Shown here: positions 10,205-17,611 of the stretch, piece after piece
Position numbering within the stretch: the first letter of the stretch is position 1
How the letters are laid out: each line of letters starts with the position of its first letter
Assembly: GCA_947589215.1 (NCBI GenBank)
Contig: CANQCL010000009.1
Location: 13,303 to 53,302 of the forward strand
Reading direction: 5' to 3'
From: an uncultured Clostridia bacterium
Lineage (GTDB): Bacteria; Bacillota; Clostridia; Oscillospirales; Ruminococcaceae
DNA: 40,000 bases
Translations under genes and position numbers: made by a program
Notes under the pieces: generated by a model
Told to the model about the DNA's origin: nothing
Databases searched by the model: none
The model's input: the letters and a program-made list of their open reading frames with translations, nothing else

Positions 10205-11122
10205 ATGAACAAATTTAATATATCCCCGAAGCATCGGGGATTTTTTAATACTAAAACCGCCAGAATTTGTGTCGGAATAATTGCTTTCTTGACTTTATTT
10301 TGTATCCCATTTATAATTGTAATAACAGATATAGAGGGGATGGATATGTTACAAAATATAGTTAGGGGTATTATACTGCTAATAGAAATCGTTTTTCTGG
10401 TTATTTTTATTCTGCCGTTTTATAAGCACATAAGCAATATCGGGAACGTAGTCGGGTTAGGCATAACGATTTGCTTGATTTTTATAACTTTGTTCTGGAG
10501 TTACGTTGTAAGGCTTATAAGCAAGCTATGGCATTGCTTGGGCGGACGTATTCTTCTAATCATTATTGCGGCTTTGATTTTAGTATCGGTTATTTGGTGC
10601 ATTTATATTTCAATCAGAATGGTCTATGCTTATAAAAACTATCCCGATAAGGAAACGACCGTTGTCGTTCTTGGGTGCAAGGTAAACAAAGACCACCCCA
10701 GTAAAATGCTCCGTCACAGGCTGGAAGCAGCATATGATTATCTATCAAAAAATAAAGACATTAAGTGCATAGTTTCAGGAGGTCAGGGACCTGACGAGAA
10801 AATGACCGAAGCTGATTGTATGTACAACTATCTTGTTGATTTGGGAATATCGCCCGACAGAATTATTAAAGAAAGCAAAGCGACAAGCACATATGAAAAT
10901 ATAAAGTTCTCATACGAAATAATAGGGCAAATGAATCTACCGAAAGACATTACTATAGTCACAGACGGTTTTCACGAATATCGAGCGTCAATAATTGCAA
11001 AAAAACAAGGCATAAATTCGTATTCGGTTTATGCAAAAACGACAAAGATAGATTTACCCTATTACTGGCTCAGAGAATGGATGGGGCTTTTTCAGGAGAT
11101 ATATCTAAAGCAGCAGGGGTAA
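10205..11122 (+). CDS. DUF218 / YdcF-SanA family membrane protein (start uncertain)
   Basis: The C-terminal half reads VVVLGCKVNKDHPSKMLRHRLEAAYDYL...CIVSGGQG...TEADCMYNYL...ESKATSTYENIKFS, the DUF218 pattern, preceded by several TM helices. ATG 10205 has no SD and is followed by a terminator. ATG 10346 (MLQNIV) has GAGGGG 6-7 nt upstream. Confidence 0.75.
   Translation: MNKFNISPKHRGFFNTKTARICVGIIAFLTLFCIPFIIVITDIEGMDMLQNIVRGIILLIEIVFLVIFILPFYKHISNIGNVVGLGITICLIFITLFWSYVVRLISKLWHCLGGRILLIIIAALILVSVIWCIYISIRMVYAYKNYPDKETTVVVLGCKVNKDHPSKMLRHRLEAAYDYLSKNKDIKCIVSGGQGPDEKMTEADCMYNYLVDLGISPDRIIKESKATSTYENIKFSYEIIGQMNLPKDITIVTDGFHEYRASIIAKKQGINSYSVYAKTTKIDLPYYWLREWMGLFQEIYLKQQG
10223..10246 (+). 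terminator. intrinsic terminator after spoIIID
   Basis: TCCCCGA-agca-TCGGGGA followed by TTTTTT. It lies inside the 5' end of track ORF 10205..11122. Confidence 0.7.
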
Positions 11123-11237
11123 CCCCTGCACACAGTGCTGACTTTTTTATGTTTACAAAATTTGTTTATTTTGAGCAACAGCAGGCTTATCAATTGATAA
11201 TTGACAATGAATAATGGATAATTGTCAGAAGAAAGCT

Positions 11238-11268
11238 AAAAGCGTTCGGAAAAATTCCGAACGCTTTT
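11238..11268. terminator. bidirectional intrinsic terminator (3' end of the repeat-protein gene)
   Basis: AGCGTTCGGAA-aaa-TTCCGAACGCT flanked by an A-run and a T-run. A near-identical copy lies at 33399..33435. Confidence 0.7.
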
Positions 11269-11273
11269 GTTAT

Positions 11274-12677
11274 CTACTTCGTCTTTTTATTAACAACCTT
11301 GCTCCACTTTCCAAAATACTTCCTGCCATTTGCAAGTTTATATGCTCTTACCTTTACAAAGTATTTCTTCTTTGGTTTCAGCTTCTTAAGTGTCACTTTA
11401 TTTTTCTTTACTGTAACTGTCTTCTTATTCTTTGTGAATTTATTATTCGTAGCATACTGAACCTCATACCCTGTTGCTCCGCTTACCTTTTTCCACTTTA
11501 CATTCAGCTTCTTTTTCTTTGTGGTCAGTTTAACAGATTTTACTTTGGCGGGTTTGGTTACGCTTACTTTTGTTGTGCTTGGGGTTGTCTTTGACTTGTT
11601 TACTGGACTGACGGTTTGATTTGGTTTGTTTGAGTTATTGTTTGGGGTTTGTGATGGGTTATTACCACCTATTTTTTTATAAGTTGCCTTTTCCCAATCA
11701 ACCCCACTATCTTCAAAATATGTTTTATTCCCGTTTTCATCATATTCGCACTTTATCCAGGTATCATTATCACTATCTAATCCATATGCTGTTTTTACAT
11801 TTCCGTTACTATAGTATGTGTATGTCCATGCAGTTGAATGTGAATAACCGTCACTGGTTTCAAAAAAAGTACAATTTCCCTTTGAATCATAGGTGTGTTT
11901 TTCCCAATAACCGTTACTGTATTCATGATATGTCTCATTCCCATTTGAATCATAGGTGTACTTTTCCCATTCGCCGTAACTGTTTTCAAAGTATGTTTCA
12001 TTTCCATTTGAATCATAGTTATGCTTGTCACCGTTACTATTTTCAAAATATGTACGATTTCCGTTTGAATTATAGGTAGACTTTTCCCAATAGCCTTCAC
12101 TGTCTTCGTAATATGTACGATTTCCATTTGAGTCATAGGTTTCCTTTTCACCATTACTGTTTCCTATATAAATATTTCCGTTATCGTCATACTTGGTCTC
12201 TTCCCAGAAGTTATCACTGTTTTCAAAGTATATCCCGTTCTCATCACATTCATATTTTACCCAAAAGTCATTATTACTATCTATTCCATATGCAGTTTTT
12301 ATTTTTCCATTAACATTGTAAGTATATTCCCATGTTAGTGTATATGAATAACCGCTACTATCTTCATAATAAGTTATATCTTCGTTTGAATTATAAATGC
12401 TTTTTTCCCAATAACCATCTCCATCATTAAAATATGTCTGATTTCCATTTGAGTCATAGGTTTCCTTTTCACCATTACTGTTTTCATAAGATGTTTGATT
12501 ACCTGTAGAATCATATGTAGACTTATACCAATAACCTTCACTGTTTTCATAATATGTACAAACATATCCTTCTACAGGTTCACCAACATTTACAGCCTCA
12601 GCTATTGTAGGTAAAGCTCCTGCCAAACTAACTGTCATTACCAATACTGTCAATAAATTTAAAATTCTTTTTGTCAT
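11274..12677 (-). CDS. secreted YD/beta-hairpin-like repeat protein with a lysine-rich Fn3-like C-terminal domain
   Basis: Signal peptide MTKRILNLLTVLVMTVSLAGALPTIAEA. About 300 aa of degenerate repeats (TYDSNGNxTYFENSxGYWEKS), then a P/S/T/N linker, then KLNVKWKKVSGATGYEVQY...YFVKVRAYK...YFGKWSKV. Confidence 0.8.
   Translation of the reverse strand: MTKRILNLLTVLVMTVSLAGALPTIAEAVNVGEPVEGYVCTYYENSEGYWYKSTYDSTGNQTSYENSNGEKETYDSNGNQTYFNDGDGYWEKSIYNSNEDITYYEDSSGYSYTLTWEYTYNVNGKIKTAYGIDSNNDFWVKYECDENGIYFENSDNFWEETKYDDNGNIYIGNSNGEKETYDSNGNRTYYEDSEGYWEKSTYNSNGNRTYFENSNGDKHNYDSNGNETYFENSYGEWEKYTYDSNGNETYHEYSNGYWEKHTYDSKGNCTFFETSDGYSHSTAWTYTYYSNGNVKTAYGLDSDNDTWIKCEYDENGNKTYFEDSGVDWEKATYKKIGGNNPSQTPNNNSNKPNQTVSPVNKSKTTPSTTKVSVTKPAKVKSVKLTTKKKKLNVKWKKVSGATGYEVQYATNNKFTKNKKTVTVKKNKVTLKKLKPKKKYFVKVRAYKLANGRKYFGKWSKVVNKKTK
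11681..12566 (-). repeat. in-frame degenerate tandem coding repeats (about 33/63-nt periodicity), with a larger internal duplication
   Basis: The consensus Y-[DN]-S-N-G-N-x-T-Y-[FY]-E-[ND]-S-x-G-x-W-E-K recurs many times. A longer unit occurs twice (GYSYTLTWEYTYNVNGKIKTAYGIDSNNDFWVKYECDENG and GYSHSTAWTYTYYSNGNVKTAYGLDSDNDTWIKCEYDENG). The repeats leave several off-frame ORFs open. Confidence 0.85.
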
Positions 12678-12822
12678 TTGTTTTCCTCCATATTGAAAAT
12701 ATTATTTTGTACTTTAGTGTACATCAATATTATAATACACATTTCTAGTTTTGTCAACACATTTTGTGTATAAATAAAAATCCCCGTTTTGTGTATATTA
12801 CAATTAATATGAGGTGATATAT

Positions 12823-13137
12823 ATGAAATTCGGAGAAATCCTAAGAGAGTTAATTGAAGAAAACGACCTAACTCAAAAGCAGGTTGCAAAGGATTTAAAC
12901 ATTGCTCCGTCTACACTGGGAAACTACATTCACAACAGCAGAGAACCTGATTTTCACACAATAAAAATGATAGCAAGCTACTTCAAAGTTTCAATAGATT
13001 ACTTAATGGACTACCGCTCTACACTTGCAGAAAACAAAAGCGAGGACGAGCTTTTAAGAATTTACCGTTTACTTCCTATAACCTATCAAATTTTACTAAT
13101 TGAGCAAGGAAAATTACTTTTACGGTTGTACAAATAA
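12823..13137 (+). CDS. XRE-family helix-turn-helix transcriptional regulator
   Basis: Reads MKFGEILRELIEENDLTQKQVAKDLNIAPSTLGNYIHNSREPDFHTIKMIASYFKVSIDYLM. GAGGTG lies 6 nt upstream of ATG 12823; the track start at 12814 is GTG. Confidence 0.85.
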   Translation: MKFGEILRELIEENDLTQKQVAKDLNIAPSTLGNYIHNSREPDFHTIKMIASYFKVSIDYLMDYRSTLAENKSEDELLRIYRLLPITYQILLIEQGKLLLRLYK

Positions 13138-13140
13138 ATA

Positions 13141-13166
13141 TCCCCGAGCAATTCGGGGATTTTTTA
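13141..13166. terminator. bidirectional intrinsic terminator between the XRE gene and the GH59 gene
   Basis: TCCCCGA-gcaat-TCGGGGA followed by TTTTTT. The T-run overlaps the stop codon of the convergent GH59 gene. Near-identical to the terminator at 10223. Confidence 0.75.
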
Positions 13167-16100
13167 TTTAACTTTAATTTTTATCAACTTTTTATTCCAC
13201 TTACCGTATATCTTTACAAGCTTGTTGTTGATATTTTTATACTCAGCATATGCCCTAACTCGTATATAGTAAGTTTTCTTGCTCTTGATTTTACTTCCCT
13301 TGATTGTAAGCCTTTTGTTTGGAGTGAATTTTTTAAATACTATATTTCTTTTCTTAAATTTCTTTGCTTTTGAAACTTGTACCTCGTAACCATTAGCATT
13401 ATTAATCTTCTTCCAGCTTACATTTAACTTTCTTTTCACCTTGCTCTTTACGGTGAGTTTTTTGATTTTTGCATTTTTCATAGCTTTCTTAGCTGCTTTT
13501 TTGTCACTTTTAACAGCGTCAGCACTTCTAGTAGCAGATGTAGAAGACTTGGTTTTAGACGGTGCTGCCGTTGAAGGAGGATACTCTCCCACATGGTCCT
13601 TAATATCCGCCTTAGCTGTTTCAAATGTTTCACCAAAAACCTCAATACAGTCGATAATAAAGTAACCGCTTTTTACTGTAATTTTAATCGTGTGCTGTTC
13701 GTTTGAAAGATTACTAATATTATATAGGCTTTGACGGTACAAAACACTGGAAGTAAGATTTATATTGTTACCCATAGATTTTCCGTCAAGCTCAATATCC
13801 ACTGTGCTTTCAGTTCTGATTCCGCCCACAACAAAGTTGATCCCTGTTCCGTTAAAGGTATACTCAAGAGAAGCGTTTCCCTCGCTTGTCGAAACGCTTG
13901 TTCTGTTATACAGAAAGAACGAATCTCCCACTTTACGCGTCCAGCTACCGCTGTATTTAACTGAGCTGTCAAGCGGGTCAATTCTTTCTGTATATGAAAC
14001 TGCATCCGCTCCTGTAATACTCTCAGAAGCTTTTTCAATTTTCAGGTTATCATATTCAGATAAGTAAAAACTGCCGTACAATCCTGCTCTGCCCAAAAGA
14101 TATGGATTGATTGTATCGGTATAGCCGAATATAGCAGTGTTATTAACATAGAACACTATCTCATTACCCACAGCGCTCACTTTTAAGTTATACCATTTAT
14201 TTGCGTCAAATCCCCTAACTGTACCCTCACTTAAAACCGTATTTGCTTTCATGCATTTGTATTTTCCGCTTTGTGCCAGTGATATCCAATAGCCAGACTT
14301 ATTGATTGCCGCAACGTTACTGCACGTTCCAACAGACCTCAGACCTACCCCGACATAATTATAATCGGATGCCTTCGGCTTGGTATCAAGCTTCACATCA
14401 GCAGAAACGCTGTAGTCTGCCCATTCGGTATCTCCTAAGGTAGTAGTGGGAGATGCTCCGCCTCCCCAGTTGAATGGGTCGTTGCTGCTATTTATCTTTT
14501 GTTTGAGTACCTTTGAACCGTCCGACTTTTTAACGACCTCAAATGCTCCGCCTGCGTCGCAGGTATAGAGCGGCGTTCCGCCTCTTTCTTCTATAAACTC
14601 ATCTGAATAGTTAAAATCATCTGTATACGGAAGTGAAAGATTTGTATCGGTTTCGCTTTTCTGATATGAAGATTTTTCTTCGTCAGCATATCCCTTCTGA
14701 CCTGTCATGGTAGTTAGCGTTACAATAGAATACGGCTCAACGGTATATGTAAAGCCTCCGTTATCAGGAGTTATCGTTTCAGAGTTTTTAAGCCAGTTTG
14801 CATCATAAGCTTGACCTGCGTCGGGACCCTTTGTGACCCAAGCTGTCAAAGGTGAATCAGCTTTACTAAGGTTGCTCACCGAAACATTATAAGTTCTTTC
14901 ATTAGATGTATCGTTTACAAACACCATTGTGTAATCCCCTGTTTCAGGATCAGCTAAAGTTATATAATTGTTGGTTGTGCTTCCTATTCCGTGGCCGTCT
15001 CCGTCAGGCGTTCCGTCACCATAGCAAGCGCCGTCAACATATTTCATATTATCAGTTTGGAATCTTGTAAAATGCTCCATAATGTAAGTTCCAACCTGAA
15101 CCTCATAGTGTCCGCTCCACGGCGTATCAGCCAATATAAGCTGCTTTGGAACATACTGCGCGCCTGTATAATATGCCGCAACCGCAGGCTGGAATTCATA
15201 CATTGTCATTCCGCCGCCCGTCGAACCGCTCTGGGCATACATATTAAGAACACGAACCGCAATTTCAAGAGGTCCGTTTACACCTGTCAAGCCTTTTCCT
15301 TTTGCAACACTGTCAAGCTCTTTTCCAGAAGCATTTGTTGCGTTTACGGCATACTGCGGGTCTATTGTTACCGAAGAACCCTCTGAATACCAAATCTCTT
15401 TGCCGTACTCCTTTTTTAGCTTCAGAGCATTTTCACTGGACCATGTAGAATAGTGAAATCCCAAAACATCGACAGCGTCTCTTAACTCTGCGTCATTCAT
15501 CATCTCGTCAGCAATTTTATAGTGTCCGACCTCATCGGACGCAACTAACTTGATTTGACTGTAATCATACTTCGCTCCGGATTCTTTTGCGGCAGAATCA
15601 AGATGATTTCTTAAATACTTGATCCATTTAACGTCAATATTGCTCGTTTCATTTCTGTCAGGACTTATATAATCAAATTTCAGACCGTACTCATCATAAG
15701 CGGCATCTAACGTATTTTTATACCACTTAAATCTCTTTGCCATATTTTCTTCATTTGTTACACCGTTTGACCCTGTCCATTTAGGTGAGCCCCATCGAAG
15801 CATATCTAAAGAAATATCAGGATTAATTGTTTTTGCGTCTACACACATATGAAACCCTGCTCCCCTGTTTACATTAGCCTCTTCGTTCTCAGCACGCATA
15901 GTAGCAGGTTCTGTTCCTGAGCTTGAATCGCAGTCAGAGCCAAGCTCGATCTTTATATGAGAAAGACCTATACCCGTTTCCTTGTTGAACAAATAGTTCA
16001 TTATCTCCCAATAAGCGTCAGGGTTCTTTTCTTTATAATCCATAAGAAGTCTTGAAGAATTGTTAGCAGAAATCGCTCCAAGTCTAAGTGAATCCTTTGT

Positions 16101-16244
16101 GATTTTGCTGCCGTCAACGCTGATTGAAAAAGCGCTTTCAGCATTAGCCTTTATATTATCTTTAGCCATTGGCATAACCCCCATTATAGAAAAAGTTAAC
16201 ACAATCGATGTAATAACGGCAAATATTCTTGAAGCATTTATCAT
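13164..16244 (-). CDS. secreted multidomain glycoside hydrolase, GH59-like (galactosylceramidase-type beta-galactosidase), with extra CBM-like and lysine-rich Fn3-like C-terminal domains
   Basis: Signal peptide present. GAISANNSSRLLMDYKEKNPDAYWEIMNYLF...IKIELGSDCDSSSGTEPATM and ...ADTPWSGHYEVQVGTYIMEHFTRF... parallel the galactocerebrosidase catalytic region as I recall it. The GALC-type lectin domain follows (PYTDDFNYSDEF...WYNLKVSAVGNEIVFYVNN...YDNLKIEKA). Then come a further beta-sandwich domain, an S/T/A/K linker and KLNVSWKKINNANGYEVQV...YYIRVRAYA...IYGKWNKK. Confidence 0.75.
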   Translation of the reverse strand: MINASRIFAVITSIVLTFSIMGVMPMAKDNIKANAESAFSISVDGSKITKDSLRLGAISANNSSRLLMDYKEKNPDAYWEIMNYLFNKETGIGLSHIKIELGSDCDSSSGTEPATMRAENEEANVNRGAGFHMCVDAKTINPDISLDMLRWGSPKWTGSNGVTNEENMAKRFKWYKNTLDAAYDEYGLKFDYISPDRNETSNIDVKWIKYLRNHLDSAAKESGAKYDYSQIKLVASDEVGHYKIADEMMNDAELRDAVDVLGFHYSTWSSENALKLKKEYGKEIWYSEGSSVTIDPQYAVNATNASGKELDSVAKGKGLTGVNGPLEIAVRVLNMYAQSGSTGGGMTMYEFQPAVAAYYTGAQYVPKQLILADTPWSGHYEVQVGTYIMEHFTRFQTDNMKYVDGACYGDGTPDGDGHGIGSTTNNYITLADPETGDYTMVFVNDTSNERTYNVSVSNLSKADSPLTAWVTKGPDAGQAYDANWLKNSETITPDNGGFTYTVEPYSIVTLTTMTGQKGYADEEKSSYQKSETDTNLSLPYTDDFNYSDEFIEERGGTPLYTCDAGGAFEVVKKSDGSKVLKQKINSSNDPFNWGGGASPTTTLGDTEWADYSVSADVKLDTKPKASDYNYVGVGLRSVGTCSNVAAINKSGYWISLAQSGKYKCMKANTVLSEGTVRGFDANKWYNLKVSAVGNEIVFYVNNTAIFGYTDTINPYLLGRAGLYGSFYLSEYDNLKIEKASESITGADAVSYTERIDPLDSSVKYSGSWTRKVGDSFFLYNRTSVSTSEGNASLEYTFNGTGINFVVGGIRTESTVDIELDGKSMGNNINLTSSVLYRQSLYNISNLSNEQHTIKITVKSGYFIIDCIEVFGETFETAKADIKDHVGEYPPSTAAPSKTKSSTSATRSADAVKSDKKAAKKAMKNAKIKKLTVKSKVKRKLNVSWKKINNANGYEVQVSKAKKFKKRNIVFKKFTPNKRLTIKGSKIKSKKTYYIRVRAYAEYKNINNKLVKIYGKWNKKLIKIKVK

Positions 16245-16387
16245 TATTATTCCTCCTCGTTATTATTATAAAAAAACCTTTTATCATTAACTTATTTTAA
16301 ATTTATTATACAGTATTTACTTTTACTTGTAAATAACGTTTATATATTCAGTTGAATAAATTTCTTTACTGAGAAAATAATAGAATT

Positions 16388-16771
16388 ATGAATATAAAAA
16401 ACAAGCTTAAAAATTTTAAATACAGTAAGGCATACTACTATGTCGTAGGCGGAATAACAGGAATTGCAAACGGACTTTTCGGTTCCGGCGGAGGAATGTT
16501 AAGCGTTCCGCTTTTAGAAAACACAGGTCTTAAAGCAAAAAAAGCACACGCTTCTTCAATAGCTATTACGCTTCCGCTGTCGATAATAAGCACTGCTATA
16601 TATTCAATCAAAGGACACATTAACTATTCGCTCGCACTCAAATTTGTACCTTTAGGTATTCTGGGAGCTATTGCAGGAAGCTGGCTTTTAAAAAGGATAT
16701 CTAACAAGGTATTGAAAAAAATATTCGGAATTATTCTTATAATTTCGGGAATCAGGATGCTGATGCTATGA
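16388..16771 (+). CDS. TauE/SafE (TSUP) family membrane transporter, half-size subunit 1
   Basis: 127 aa, about 4 TM helices, G-rich motif GLFGSGGGMLSVPLL. Confidence 0.8.
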   Translation: MNIKNKLKNFKYSKAYYYVVGGITGIANGLFGSGGGMLSVPLLENTGLKAKKAHASSIAITLPLSIISTAIYSIKGHINYSLALKFVPLGILGAIAGSWLLKRISNKVLKKIFGIILIISGIRMLML

Positions 16772-17151
16772 GTATTTTTGTAATTGCTGTTGTTTCTTTC
16801 CTCAGCGGATTTATAGCCTCTCTCGGTCTGGGAGGCGGAATGGTGCTTATAATTTACCTTACGATATTTTCAGGTATGGCACAGCTTGAAGCGCAGGGAA
16901 TAAATCTCATTTTCTTTATACCTATTGCCTTGATTTCAATTATACTGCACACAAGGTCAAAGCTAATTATATGGAAAAAAATACTCCCGTCAATAATAAC
17001 AGGAGCAATCTTAGCACTTCTATTTAGTTTTATTGCAAGTATGCTGGGTTCTGAAATTCTATCTAAAATATTCTCAGTTTTCATAATAATAATTGGCATA
17101 AAAGAGCTTATTAAAAAATCTGATAAACAAAATACAGCAGAGCATAAATAA
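16768..17151 (+). CDS. TauE/SafE (TSUP) family membrane transporter, half-size subunit 2
   Basis: 127 aa, about 4 TM helices, motif SLGLGGGMVLIIYL. Its start overlaps the upstream stop as ATGA. Confidence 0.8.
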   Translation: MSIFVIAVVSFLSGFIASLGLGGGMVLIIYLTIFSGMAQLEAQGINLIFFIPIALISIILHTRSKLIIWKKILPSIITGAILALLFSFIASMLGSEILSKIFSVFIIIIGIKELIKKSDKQNTAEHK

Positions 17152-17170
17152 TCGCTCTGCTATTTATTTT
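17136..17170 (+). terminator. intrinsic terminator after the TSUP pair
   Basis: AGCAGAGC-loop-GCTCTGCT, with the stop codon in the loop, followed by a T-rich tract. Confidence 0.55.
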
Positions 17171-17174
17171 CGCT

Positions 17175-17594
17175 TTATTTTTTCTTTCTTCTAAAATCAA
17201 GATAGCTTTCAAGAATAATAGTCGCCGCTACTTGATCAATTACCTCTTTTCTCTTTTTACCTCTTGTATTAGTCTCGTTAAGAAAATTATGTGCGGAAAC
17301 TGTAGTCGAACGCTCGTCCCACATATTTACCGGAACATCTACAAACTCATTCAAGGCATCGGCAAACCTCCTGCATTTTTCTGCTCTTGGTCCATAGCTT
17401 CCGTTCATATTAAGCGGAAGCCCCACTATTATCTCTCCGACCTCATATTCTCTAGACATATGAGCGACCTTTGTGACAAGCACATTGAAATTGCGTTCCT
17501 CAATAGTTCCTATCGGTGAGGCTAAAAACTCTGTTCTGTCGCAAACAGCAAGACCTGTTCTTGCATCTCCGTAATCGACTGCCATTATTTTCAT
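17175..17594 (-). CDS. ruvX: Holliday-junction-resolvase-like pre-16S rRNA nuclease YqgF/RuvX
   Basis: 139 aa. N-terminal MAVDYGDARTGLAVCD is typical of YqgF. AGGAGAAG SD present. Confidence 0.9.
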   Translation of the reverse strand: MKIMAVDYGDARTGLAVCDRTEFLASPIGTIEERNFNVLVTKVAHMSREYEVGEIIVGLPLNMNGSYGPRAEKCRRFADALNEFVDVPVNMWDERSTTVSAHNFLNETNTRGKKRKEVIDQVAATIILESYLDFRRKKK

Positions 17595-17611
17595 AAATTC
17601 TTCTCCTATTA

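Noticed and set aside
11214-12565. Track ORFs 11214..11594(+), 11621..12079(+), 11795..12154(-), 12113..12313(+) and 12374..12565(-)
   Set aside because: All overlap the 467-aa repeat-protein gene. The repetitive, biased codon usage (Tyr/Asn/Gly/Glu) keeps alternative frames free of stops. Their products are His/Met/Thr-rich repeats with no signal or SD, and 11214..11594 runs straight through the terminator hairpin.
12674-12889. Minus-strand 71-aa ORF across the divergent promoter region
   Set aside because: It spans the AT-rich promoter and the start of the XRE gene in antisense. It has no SD and no recognisable fold.
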